The position numbers and the translations under genes are program-made. This document shows positions 35,663 to 48,349 of a stretch of 64,000 bases of DNA, in pieces. Numbering within the stretch: the stretch's first letter is position 1; each line of letters opens with the position of its first letter. The DNA is taken from assembly GCF_000143415.4 (NCBI RefSeq), contig NW_003314276.1:106766-170765 (forward strand). The letters run 5' to 3'. Source of the stretch: Selaginella moellendorffii. Taxonomy: Eukaryota > Plantae > Lycopodiophyta. A model generated the notes under the pieces. The model saw nothing but the letters and a program-made list of their open reading frames with translations. It did not search any database and was not told the origin of the DNA.

Positions 35663-38600
35663 TGTTAGGCACCAGCTTTGACTATGTGGTCAACGTCGGT
35701 CAAAGGGAGGCTCAAGGGTATATTAAGGCATGTTAGGGTAAAGGACTTAACCTACCCTAGGGCTCACAGTGGAGCGGCGGCGCAGTGGGGCTTTTGAGGT
35801 AGCTTGGGGGTGGTTGGGTGGTGAGGAACCTCAAGAGGTGGTGTAGAAGAGTCTAGGGCGACTAGATCTCTGTCTTTTTGCGCCAGATCATAACATTGGT
35901 ATCAGAGGAGTTGGTTGTGATGGCCGACCAAGCTGAACGCTGGAATGCTATTGTCGATGGTGGTGCCGACGATGGTGCCAACGAAGTTGCGGAGATTTGG
36001 ACCATTCAAGATGTTGTTCATGAGCTGCGAGCCCTTAATAAAAATCAGCAAGAGATGCAAGACGAGATGCATGGCATGATGGACACCATGCGTGGGCGTG
36101 TTGAGGCACTCGAGGCTGGACGGGGTAGTGCTTCAAGTAAGCCTTCTTTGGTAGATCGACTCAAGATTCCAACTTTTTCCGGTGATGGTGGTGTGGACGA
36201 GTGTCTCGCTGGGCTAGCCAATGTGAAGAAGTTCTTGGCTACTAGAGGAACTCCAGATGCAGAGGCTTTAGTGGCTATTCCGATGGTTTTGCGTGATGCG
36301 GGTCTTCAATGGTGGAATTGGCTTGAGGAGTCCCTTGTTGCGGATAAGAAACCACCAGTGTCTACCATGGATGAATTTGAGGCTGCTTTCCGTTTACGTT
36401 TTGCCCCTCATTACAATGTGGAGAATGCTCGTACGGAACTTTGACATTTCCAGCAAGGGAAAATGACACTTAGGGACTATATTGAGAAGCTTATTCGCTT
36501 GATTAGTCGTGTTCCAACGAAGGATCCAGATCAGAACAAGTCCTACTTCATTGATGGCCTACATAGTGAGAGCATGCGGCAACACTTGCGTCATTCTCAG
36601 CCTACAAAGTGTTTGGAGGAGCTCTTTGATGCAGCTCGTCGACTTGACAATGACAAGCACAAGTCTTGCAAGCGCTCGTGGAGTCCTGTCGAGAATCGTC
36701 GTGATGATCGCCATGGACACTAGGATGGGAACAAGCATCACAAGTTGAAATCGGTGGTGACTACTTCAGATGCAAAGGGGTCCAAGAAGCAGAAGTTCTT
36801 TGTGAAGAATTATAGATAGGGTTGTTATCATTACGGCGAACTTGGACACTACAAGGCTGATTGTCCGTAGTTGAAGAACAAGCAGCAGGACAAGAAGAAT
36901 GGCCAATCTTCTTCTCACGGTAAGTCAGATACTAAAAAGTTGCAAAATTTGCAGCGTGAGGATGAGGAGAACGACCATTCCAGTCGGAGGAAGTGACTTT
37001 CGATCGTTGCTCGTCAACTCAACTGTGTGTGGAACAAGATGGAGCTCGAGGATACGCGTGAATCAGCTTTAATGCTGGAGGGTGTGTTCTGTGGCGATCC
37101 AGTGCGGATTTTACTGGATAGTGGGAGCGATGACAACTTTGTTTCGGCAGTGTTTGTTGCGGAGCATGGCCTGAACACACGCGGAGTTCTTCCATACACA
37201 GTGGAAGGTGCAGCTACCTCTGCTCAGCATTTTGATGCTTGTGTCAAGGGGCTGGAAGTCTTGGTTAGCAAAACCACAGTTGTGGAGACTTTTTATCTCG
37301 CGGATATCCATCGTGTGGATCTCATCTTTGGGATGCCATGGTTGGTGAAGGTGGATCTAGAGATAAAGTGGAGTATTAACGCCAATATCTAGGCCATATT
37401 GTGACATCTCAGGGTGTCAAGACGGATCCAAGGAAGGTGGCTGTGGTGGAAAACTGGCCTACACTGACTACAGTGGCCGAGTTGCACAGTTTTCTTGGTA
37501 TGGCTAGTTACTACCGACATTTCCAACATAAGTTTGCAGAGGTGGCTATTCCTTTGATGCGGTTGTTACGCAAGAATGTGCCATTCGAGTGGAAGAAGCC
37601 ACAAGAGGAGAGTTTTGTGGCGCTGAAGCGATTGTTGAGCGAGACTCCAGTGCTTCGCATTGCTGATCCATCGAAACCTTACGAGGTGACATGCGATGCA
37701 AGTGGTTATGCACTGGGAGGAGTTCTCATGCAAGAGGGACAGCCTATTGCATATGAGAGTCGAACTTTGAATTCTGCGGAGCAACGCTATTCCACATATA
37801 AGCAAGAGTTACTCTCTATTGTTCATGCTTTGCGGACGTGGCAGCACTATGTTTATCATGCAGTGTTCGTGGTGTTAACAGATCACAAACCACTTGTGTA
37901 TCTTTTCACACAGAAGGAGTTGAACACTACGCAAGCTCGTTGGATAGTCAAACTCATGGAGTTTGGGGAGTTTCCTATTGAGCATCGTCCGGGAAAATCA
38001 AATGTGGTGGCAGATGCTTTATCTCGTGCTCGTCATGTGACGACATTATGAACACGATTTTGTCATCATTTGAGTAAGGTGGTCAGCGAGTTTAGGCAGT
38101 TGGTTGAGCATGCTCAGGCTCAGGATGCTGAGGTGGCCTCTTTGCGAGACCAGATGGAAGCCCCTTTCTCATTGGTGGATGGGATTCTCTACTACAATGG
38201 CCATGTATATTTGCCACGGGTGGATGCGTTAATTACTCAAGTTTTATTCCACTATCNNNNNNNNNNNNNNNNNNNNNNNNNNNNNNNNNNNNNNNNNNNN
38301 NNNNNNNNNNNNNNNNNNNNNNNNNNNNNNNNNNNNNNNNNNNNNNNNNNNNNNNNTATTGTAAATCATGCAAGCTTTGTCAGCGGGTTAAGGTGCCACG
38401 GGAGAAGCCGGGGGGACTTTTGCAACCTTTACCTATTCCTCATAGCCGTTGGTGTAGTATCTCTATAGACTTCATCACTTGTTTGCCACAACACAAAGGG
38501 CAAAAGGAGCAAGTATGGGTCATAGTGGATCGGTTGACGAAGTATGTGCGGTTGTTGGCTCTTCAGAAGACTGTCACTGCCTCAGACTTGGCTGCGGTTT

Positions 38601-39695
38601 ACTTGGAGAAGGTTTTTCCTGATTTTGGTTTGCCGGAGGATATAATTAGTGATCGAGATTCAAAGTTCACCAGTGGATTTTGGAAAAGCTTTGCAAAGGC
38701 TATGCAAGTGACTTTGAAACTCTCGGGTGGAGATCATCCTCAGACGGATGGGCAAACTGAGCGTGTGAATCAGGTGGTGGAGGATATGCTACGTTGTAGC
38801 ATTGGTCAAAGGCAAGGACAGTGGGATTTATATCTTCCGTTGGTGCAATTTGCTTACAACAATAGCCAACACAGTGGAACCAAGCTAAGTCCTTATTTTG
38901 CCATGTTTGGAAGGCATCCTCGAACAGCGGTGGAGTTGGGATTGCATTTGAGTAAGGACGTTCAAGATAAGCGTGATTCTGAGGCGACTGATTTGGCCAC
39001 AGAACTTAATGAGATTTTGGTGGTGTGCAAACGTAATTTGTAAGCAGCTCAAGATAGAGCGAAGAAGTTTGCCAATGAGCATCACCAATTCCGGGAATAT
39101 AAGGTGGGTGATCTCGTCTTTGTGCGAGTGATCTTTCCGTCAAGTGAGCGGCGGACCACCTTGGTGTCTTTACGGACAGGGAAGAGTGATAAACTTTCCC
39201 ATCGATATGCTGGTCCATATGAAGTGCTGGAGCGCATTAGTAAAGCGGCTTATCAGGTGCGGCTGCCAACTAGGGTGAAAATTCATCTGGTATTTTATGT
39301 CAGCTAGTTGAAAGGTGTACTATCTCGGAGTGACAGGCCCAATGCCTCCTTGATGTACACGGCTGTGGAAGATGGACCAGGAGCTTGAGTAGGGTTCCCC
39401 AGAAAGGGTGATCACCGGTACAACTCGTCCTTGGGACAAGGACTTTTTTGGGGGGGAAGAATTGTTAGGCGCCAGCTTTGACTACGTGGTCAACGTCGGT
39501 CAAAGGGAGGCTCAAGGGTATATTAAGGCATGTTAGGGTAAGGGACAAAACCTACCCTAGGGCTCACAGTGGAGCGGCGGCGCAGTGGAGCTTTTGAGGT
39601 AGCTCGAGGGTGGTTGGGTGGTGAGGAACCTCAAGAGGTGGCGTAGCATAGTCTAGGGCAACTAGATCTTTGTCTTTTTGCGTCGGATTATAATA
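35663..39695 (+). mobile_element. Ty3/Gypsy family A element with RT-core deletion: LTRs 35663-35895 and 39463-39695, PBS 35897-35907, gag-PR-(dRT)-RH-IN, PPT 39450-39461
   Basis: Two 233-bp LTRs with 17 mismatches by hand count. PBS TGGTATCAGAG (tRNA-iMet). LLDSGSDDNF (PR), CDASGYALGGVL (RH), SIDFITCLP / HPQTDGQTERVN / RYAGPYEV (IN). No chromodomain after the GPY motif. 100-N gap at 38257-38356. Confidence 0.95.
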
Positions 39696-39696
39696 T

Positions 39697-40097
39697 TGGT
39701 ATCAGAGAATTGGTTGCGATGGCCGACCAAGCTGAACGCTGGAATCCTATCATCGATGGTGGTGCCGACGGTGGTGCCGACGATGGTGCCGACGAAGCTG
39801 CGGAGATTTGGACCATTCAAGATTTGGTTCATGAGCTGCGGTCCCTTAATAAAAATCAACAAGAGATGAACGACGGTATGCATGGCATGATGGACACCAG
39901 GCGTGGGCGTGTTGAGGCACTCGAGGCTGGACGGGGTAGCGCTCCAAGTAAGCCTTCTTTGGTAGATCGACTCAAGATTCCAACCTTTTCCGGTGATGGT
40001 GGTGTGGACGAGTGTCTTCGTTGGCTAGCCAATGTGAAGAATATCTTGGCTGCTAGAGGACTCCAGATCCAGAGGTCTTAGTGGCTATTCCGATGGT
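39697..40097 (+). mobile_element. Second PBS and gag start of a tandem family A unit, truncated
   Basis: TGGTATCAGAG directly after the second LTR, then MADQAERWN...LKIPTFSGDGG, as at 35920. Confidence 0.9.
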
Positions 40098-43000
40098 TAT
40101 TGGTGGCCAAGTATATCACCACTTGTATTGCAATTGGAAGGTCATAGATATAGAACTATCCTCAAGGAGTAGCATGTCGAAAGGACATGGCTTTCCACTC
40201 AAGTTCATGCGTGAACTTGTGTGCAATGTGGTGGATGGAAAAGGGCCAGTAAGGGAATGACTTTGGGATCTTGGGAATAGTATAAGGTTTCCCTTAGAGA
40301 GTTGAGGATGTGATCCGGATGAGCAGATGACTCAGCAAACTGGCTAAGGTAGTTGTGGCAAACAACTATAGTTGGTATCACAGGAAAGATAGAGACTCTA
40401 AAACAATAAAGAAGTCACAAGATTACCGTCACATAGTTGAGGCTGGTACTCATGAATTTGAGACTGGAATTAATAACCATGAGAGGTCAAGTACGGATGA
40501 GGACATAAGTCCTCGAAATGTTAGCCGAGGCTACCCTTGATAAATGCTAGAACAACCTAAGGAGTTGGGGATGTACTTAGAGGATGAGTTGGTATTCTTA
40601 TCACATGGACAAGTAGTCCTAAGGGGCAAAGGTTGCCCCCAGGGAACAACATCAAGTGTTGGAATGACACTTGCAAATATAGTTTTTGTGAGTAGGATGT
40701 GAATACAAGAAGTTGTATTTCAGCGAGATGGCACCTCAAATAGGACCTTATAGGTCATTGGATTTTAAAGTCTAAAAAAAAATGCTAGATGACTCAAGTA
40801 AAGTCAAGGAATGGTCCTAAGGGATTGCTAAACAGCATTTGGACTGAGGTGTGTTGTGCCCTACGAAGGTTGGGGAGGATCATAGGATCCAAGTATGAGA
40901 ACAGTGAGTGTCTCATTGATGGCGGAATGTGCCATACTAAAGTTGTAGGAAAGGTGTTCCCCAAAAAGAAAACAACTTTAGCATAGAGTTGTATGTGAAC
41001 ACTATAGTGTAGTGCTAACGGATAGCTGGCATGAGAAACACTGTGTTGGTCTTGGCAAAGACCTAGACACTAATAAGTAGTGTCATAAAGATAGGCTCGT
41101 GGAGCTGATAGTGTGGAGACACCAAATGTGCCAAGGTGTGATACCTTGAGGTTATGTTAGTGGGTTCATGAGAACCCCTTACAAAAGGAATCCCAATGGA
41201 AATGGGAATGGCATAGCCTAAGCTGGAAGGCATGCAGTTGGAGTGGGTGACCCAGTTAATGATGGAGGTGTGGAAGCACCAAGTAATGAGTTGTAGGACT
41301 TAACAACTATGAGGCAACTAAGCAAAAGATGCAAAATAATTAGTTAAACTGGTAGAAAGTAGCTATCTAAGACTTCTGGGATAAGGAAGTTGGATATATC
41401 CTTATGGGGGAGAAGTTGCTTATGTTGCGATATAGTAAGTCAATGTCGTAAAGGGGATGCTCATTGCTAAAGAAGATCATCATTGGGACACCCAAACACT
41501 CTAAAACACTAGGAAGTGGTGTTTGGTGTCGCAAGGGTATTAGATAAGGCCTAAGGGACAAAGTCTCTAGCGAATGATGGATGGGAGGTGTTGTCCAAAC
41601 GTCCAAGATTGTGGAGATGGGAGAAATCCGTCTACCCGATTTGGACAAAGCCAAAAATGGGATTTTAGTAAGGTTAGTGATGGGCATATAAAGGCCCATA
41701 AATAGCAACGTTAATCCCGGTGTGTGGGATTATAAGGTGAGCATGCCCAGATTGAGGAACCACTCCCTAAGCTATCAGGTAGGTTCATCCCTATGAATAC
41801 TTGCTAAGGCATGGTAGAATGTGCAAAGCTATCCTTCTAGTCTGGAGGAAAATAACCGAAGGAAACATATGAGGCCAAAAGGCAAGTAGTATTGGGATGG
41901 AACTGAACCATAGAAATTGAAGTGCATAACTAATGGTGGTTATGCAAGTTGGGAGTGGAGAATTAAGAGGGTGCTCAAGGATGTTGTTACTAGCAACCGT
42001 GATGCCATAGAGAGTCTAAAATGTGGAATTATCCATGTTAGACCGTGTGGTGAGTAGGGAGCTTGCAAAGGAGAAGCCTTAGCAAGCTAAGGAACAAATT
42101 TCCTTGAAGGTTCCTAAAGACAATTCTGGGTAGATAAGTACTTAGAAAGCCAAGTGTAAATGGTTCCTAGAGCACACGAAATCATATTGGTGCAGCAGAA
42201 GCGTGGTCTTGAAGCTGGCCATGAGGCGAGGCTATCAAGGTTGGGGAAGTAGTTCCCAAGTGTTAAAAGAGAGGGCTTTGAACGAAAGTCAATGATTAAG
42301 GACTTTCATGCTTATGCATAAACCATGTGACTTACTAAGTGAGATTGGCAAGTTAGGGGAACAAATCCCTTAGTTGAAGGTGCTAACTTCAAAGGGGTGG
42401 CCCATGGGGTTGAGCATGGAGGAGTCCATGCATGATCACAGACTTGTTAAGTGAAAGGACTTGGTAGTGCGGAGGAACTAGGTTCCTAAGCTGTGATCTA
42501 TAGCATGCTTTAAGTACATGTTAGTGCACGAGCGTGGGGAGTTACACCAGGCATTTGGTGTGATGCCATCTATAGATGCATATACAGAGGTTGGGTTCGG
42601 GTCCCGACCCTCTAATACTTGGGTTCGAGTCCCAAATCACTAGGGTGTGGTGATAGTTTGGAATATGAGGACACTTATTTTTTGGTGGTCATGGACTCTC
42701 AGTGAGGAGACTGGTTTGGGCACACCGCCAAGCGAGGGATGCCTCGGAGTCATAATGCACAGTTATATTGCTCAGTGTGGCTCGGCATATCTAACTTGAA
42801 TACCTTGGTGCAAATGGCACCAAGGGCGTGGTGAATGAGATGGGGACACCTAATCTTAGTTGCTATAGACCCTTGGCCGTAAGGCCACCGCCAAGTGTGG
42901 GAGATGCCCCCGGGGTCATGGTCAACAACTTGAAGGTCTAGAAGACTAAGTACCTCTTGGCAACTTTGTTAAGGTGCCAACTTGAGATCACTAGGTGATC

Positions 43001-45951
43001 TTGTGGTTAAATAAGGACAAGGTCCTTGGTTGGCTAAGGAATGAAGTTCCTAGTTCAAAGTGTTGATTTGAACTATTTATGATGGTGGACCTTGGTCAAG
43101 ATGACCAAGTGGGAATAGCACATAAGGAAAATAAGCTGTGTATATGCAATGGCATAGTGAGTCCGAGGAAAGTAGTCTTTATAAAAGACCCATGGGAGGG
43201 TCACTAAATTGGGTTATGAATAAAGCCATAGCAGAAAATGATAAAGAGACATACTAGGGATAAACACCCTCTAGACTTAGCAAAGCAAAGTCTTTGCTAT
43301 GGACCCGAAAGGATACCTCAAGAATAGAGGTAACAATCCGATGTTGCTGGGTGCAACAATCAAGGATAGGAGCAAAATATTAGTGGCTAAGAAAGAGCCA
43401 TGGGAATCATGGGAAAGGATCCAAATGGCAAAGTTAGGCCGAGAACACTAATATGTTGGGTGATAATGGATTGTGGGAAAAGCAATGTTTTCCCAAGGAT
43501 GGATTCCCAACCACTCCGATTTTGCAAAAGTGGAAGCTCTAAGGGGGGAGTAGTAAGGTAGCCAAATAATAGGGCCGTGGGCAACCCTAGCACAAATTAG
43601 GATAATTGGAACTTAGTGCCAAAGGTGGCACGATATCAAAGAGAGGATGATAGTGCCCTTAGGTAAAGAACTTCCTAGGATGGGGAAGTGGAGCTGCACC
43701 ATGTGCAATGAAAAGTGTCGGAGACACCTAGGAAATTGACCCTGAGAGTCAAAAGTTAAAAGTTCCAAAGTGCAAAGGTTATGTCAATGGAATCTGAGAC
43801 TACTCGAGAATGAGTAGTGGAATTGAGTTAGAGAAGGTGTCTCTAACAGGTTTAGCGAGAACTAAACCAATGAAAGGGAGCAAACCACCCCAGGTGGCTG
43901 GATGACTCTATACGTTGGAGAGACTATACTCCTTAGAGAATGGACAAGGCATGGTGAGCCTTCGGTGTCAAACCATAGACAAACATTGGCTGGATGCCAA
44001 GGATGGAAATGGTAATACATGCATGAGGACATAAAATGTTATAAAATGTTACCGTTCAATGAGGACATCGAACTTCATCTATGGGTGGTGGAGTTGTGAG
44101 ACACAAAATCCCTAGGCCCCAAAGTGGAGCCGGAAGGGTGCCATGTGGTAGTGGATGAAGTGAAAACCAAATGAGCATAACACGTTTGGACTAAAAGCTT
44201 TGACTTGAAAGGTCGAGAGCGGGAGTGGAACTCCTAATGAAGTGCTCAAGGAACAAGCACGAAGCAAGCAATAAGTGAGTCTCTAGAAAAGGGACACAAG
44301 AGGACCAACTCATGACACGTGGCAGAGTCAAAGATGGACCAAAATGGACTGAGACGGAGTCCGAGATGGACCAAGATGGAGTCCGAGATAGACCCGAAAT
44401 GGAGTCCGAGATGGATCAAGATGGAGTCCGAGATGGACCCGAAATGGAGTCCGAGATGGGTTTGAGATGGACTCCGAGATGGACCCAAGATGGAGTCCGA
44501 GATGGACTAAGACAGAGTCCAAGATGGAGTCTGAGAAGGACCCGAGATGGAGTCCAAGATGGAGTCCGAGATGGACCCGAGATGGAGTCCGAGATGGACC
44601 CGAGATGGAGTTCGAGATGGACCCCAGATGGAGTCTGAGATGGAGTCCGAGGTGGACTGAGACAGAGTCTGAGAAGGAGTCCGAGAAGGACCCGAGATGG
44701 AGTCCAAGGTCGAGACTGAGACCGGGACCGGGACCGAGACCGAGACCGGGACCGAGACCGAGACCGAGACCGAGACAGGGACCGAGACCAGGACTGAGAC
44801 CGAGACCGAGGCCGAGGCTAAGACCGAGACCGAGGCCGAGGCTAAGACCGAGACCGAGGCCGAGGCTAAGACCGAGCCCGAGCCCGAGTCCGAGTCCGAG
44901 TTAGAGTCCGAGTCCGAGTCCGAGTCCGAGTCCGAGTCTGAGTTCGAGTCTGAGAGGGTGAAAGCCCAATGCGTTTGTCTCCCAGACCCTGGTGGGTTTA
45001 GTGAGCTCCAAAAGTATAGTAAGGGGGAGGATTGCAGTGGAGCCAATTTAGCCAGGAAGGGCCCGTTTGGCCCAGGAAGGCTGTACCCAGTGTTGGGTGA
45101 TGAGCTGCCCACTAGGAAGTCCAAGAATAGAGTGAACACGGACCGACAAGTAGGGTAGCTTGGTGAAGTGTTCAAGAGCCAGCTCTAGTTCCCCCGGGAG
45201 ATCGATTGGCCGATGCTCCCTATCCAAGTGTGGGTGGCACTACCTATTTGGATACCAGGCGTGGCTCAATGGAACCTCGCTCTAAGCCCATGGCTAGAGC
45301 ACCCAAAGGCGGACTGCGGGGAGAGTACCCACGAGGCTCATGTAAGGCCATGGTGATACCGAAATGTTGGCCCAAAGATCCCAGACTGTGAACCGGACGA
45401 GGAGCCATTCTCTAGTGTAGAGACTACGGATACGGTCATATGAGGCGCAAGTCCCCGAGGACCGTGGGACTTAGTGGTCAGGCTTGTGGGGCTTGATCCA
45501 GTGGCAGTGTTGGCAAGCACGGCCATGAACAGAAAGGGACTTGGTGGGGACTGGAAAAAAGATATTGGGGAAGGCTAATCCCCATATCTGTGAGCATCCT
45601 AAGGATGCTAAGGAGTGGATCTAGGATGATCACTCATGGACAGATGGCCCAATCCTTGAGAGACGGGACTGCGATGCAGGTGGTGTTAGACCACCGGTAT
45701 GACCGAGGTGAAGGGGCATGGCCTTGGCGTAACAGGCTGATATGTCGATGGTACCTTGGGGTGTCAGTCTTGGGACCAGACATGTGAAGCACTGGGACCA
45801 AGTGCAAAGGATGAGTGGCATGGATGCCATTCTTGGGGCTAGCAAATCCCAAGTCCTGAATTGGACTTAAGGAGGTTGTGAATAAGACTCCTTCAAGTCG
45901 TCAGAGGTGTGGTTAAGTGACTAAGGTAAAAGGAAAAATTAGTCTCTTATA
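40098..45951 (+). mobile_element. Family C element: ~4-kb non-coding internal region, PPT (ATGGGTGGTGGAGT) and 3' LTR 44095-45951
   Basis: The LTR is collinear with 32917-34737; the internal region is collinear with other copies in the window; no long ORF. Confidence 0.85.
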
Positions 45952-46719
45952 AATACCATTTCCATTAACACAAATGTTAGCGAAGTTAATGCCTTAACTA
46001 CACACCTTCTCCATTTAACAATCTACTTTAAGTGCTAATAGATAAATCAACAAGCCATAGCAAGTGAATGTTATAATGGGGCTGGGTAGTTTTTGAGCTA
46101 AGCTCAAGTCAATGAAAGTTAATATAGTCCACTAAATACAAAAGTTGATGTTTAAATGATTGGTTTGGGATGAACCAACAATTCTATTAAAAACTTAAGA
46201 CATATTTTCAGTCCAAGAAAAAGCTAAATAATATAAGTCCAACAAGAAAATAAATATCATAAGTCAAAGAAGAAACTCTATATTACCACTAAAAAATTTG
46301 ACTAAAAAAAAAACTAAACTTAGTCTTTCTTAGCATCCACATCCACATCCACAGAATAAGGAGTTCGTATAGTATTATACTCTCTAATTGTGGGCTTTTG
46401 TTGTATATGAGCTTGTGCTATTGCTTCTGCATAACATGGCAAATTATAGCCCACATCATCAATCCACTTAATATACACAACCATGATGGAATTACTATAA
46501 TGAGAAATTTATGCTTTATTATCACCTGTTATGAAATGTCCCAAGAACACCTTCATGCTAAGTTTCTTCCCACTAGTTAAGAGCTTGAGAAAAACACTTG
46601 CTATGTACATTGGAGCATTTGGGCAATGATTTAAATACTTACAAAAGAGCCATGATTAAATAAGCAAGTCAATTTCTTAAATATGCCTATATGTCATGTG
46701 GTGCAAGAAAAATGGTTGG

Positions 46720-48110
46720 CTCGGCTAGTTCTTGAAATCCATGGAGCTTGAGCTGTCATTAGGAAGCCATCCATCCCCAAACTCTTGAAGGGAAACTTGG
46801 ACATATTCTGGAAGTGTTATGCCGGTGTGGGCACTAGTAAGGAACTTCATATCCCATGCTTGAAGTAGCTCCTCAGCAACTGCAATACTTCGAGTGATAT
46901 AGAGCTTCTCCTTCATCACATTCTCAAGTTTGTTCTCCAACCTTTTATTATTGTTACAATGCCAAGTGTTGAGGAGCTCCAAGCAAGAGGTTTGTTTGTT
47001 GAAGGAGAGCTTGCTTTTTGCGATGTTATAGATTAATTCTTTAGATACTTTACCATTTCCTACAAGGACAAGGATTTCAAAGTGAAATGAGAAAGATAAA
47101 AGGGACTAACTTACTGCCATGAGAACATATATTTGCAATGCAATCCAACTAATCTTTATTGCGTCAAATGTCCGCAATTGCAAGTAGCTTCTTCACCTTT
47201 GATTTCTTCGAGTTCAAAATGCACTGCTCAATTTGTTATAGTTCAAGTTTCTTTTGCACTTCATCCATCACTTGTGTAATCTTCAAATATGAGTTTTGCT
47301 CCACCTTGACAATTGGCTAAAAGGAAAACTTGTGATTAGAAAACACAAGTTCATGTAAGAAAATGATACCTTTGCCCAGACTGCAACTAAAAACTCTATA
47401 GGCACATGATACCAAGTAAGCAACTCTTGGCCTTTACGTACTATAAGCTTTGCTTGAACTGCTTCCATAACCTCACAATTATACAGCATTTGGATTTCCT
47501 CGAAAGAAAGCATGCTAACATATTGAAAGTGCTCGATATCATGGACCAAGGTATGTGCTTGGAAAGCAAACTAATTAAGCTTGTAACATAGTTGGTGAGA
47601 ACAAAGGTTACTAGTAAAAGATTCTTACATGTTGATCTTCTGATATGTTAAGTTGAGTTTCACCGCTTGGTTTGGATCCTGTGGCTCCACAAGTGTCACT
47701 AGAACACAATATGTCACTCGTCATCGTTCTATAACTTCTCTTGAATACACCTCCAAAACGTTAGCCACCGGTGGTTTCCATCAATAATGAAGAACATTTG
47801 GCCTACAAAGGCTTGTGTCTCCTTGTGGCACGCCATCAAAGTATCAACTCCTAAGATTTCTGCTGCTATATTTGATCCTAAGTCTACTCAATCTCAGAAG
47901 TAACCATGTTTGAGCGATTTGTTCCGGGGAATGATGACGACACAATAAATGATCCAATAGTATGCCCAAATTCAACCTCTATGAAAAAGGTATAAATAGC
48001 CATGTTGAGGTCGTAGGTTGAGTGCACCCAATGACTCTGCTTAAAACGGCAAAGTGGAATCTGAAGATGTTGGGATCCTTTCCAAGCCATTTCACCTAAC
48101 ACTCTGCTGA
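46720..48110 (-). other. Degenerate spliced coding-like sequence, unidentified (gene or DNA-transposon accessory gene relic)
   Basis: Several exon-like blocks with GT/AG borders and coiled-coil-like peptides (ELLNTWHC...KLENVMKEKL). No family recognised. Confidence 0.3.
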
Positions 48111-48349
48111 TATTTCGTTCTTGAGCCTAGATAATAGTCTCACATACTCACTAATTCAAGATCATGTCAGCCTTTAGCATAGTTACCACCTCATTTCTGT
48201 GACCTTCAGAAGCAGCAGCATGTCCGCCATTTCCACCACCAAAATCTTCCCCACCACCTATAGCATCAGGTGCCTCATTTTTGCCACCAAGTTCTAGCCC
48301 ACCTATAACCCTTTCTAACACCACAATGGGCAAACCCCAGGAAACAAAG

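Noticed and set aside
36990-37000. TGA between gag and protease as a programmed read-through site
   Set aside because: The sister copy (~6520, minus strand) has TGG here; it is one of many deamination-type stops.
38257-38356. Apparent frameshift between the RH-IN linker and integrase ORFs
   Set aside because: It spans a 100-N placeholder. The homologous interval (9134-9231) is 98 nt, which restores the frame.
42593-42633. tRNA genes at the GGTTCGAGTCC motifs
   Set aside because: No D-arm/A-box, anticodon arm or acceptor stem; reported only as T-arm-like motifs.
32319-45951. Single intact family C element spanning both LTRs
   Set aside because: Flanks do not match (TATGC vs AATAC) and belong to different repeat families, so one insertion event cannot be shown.
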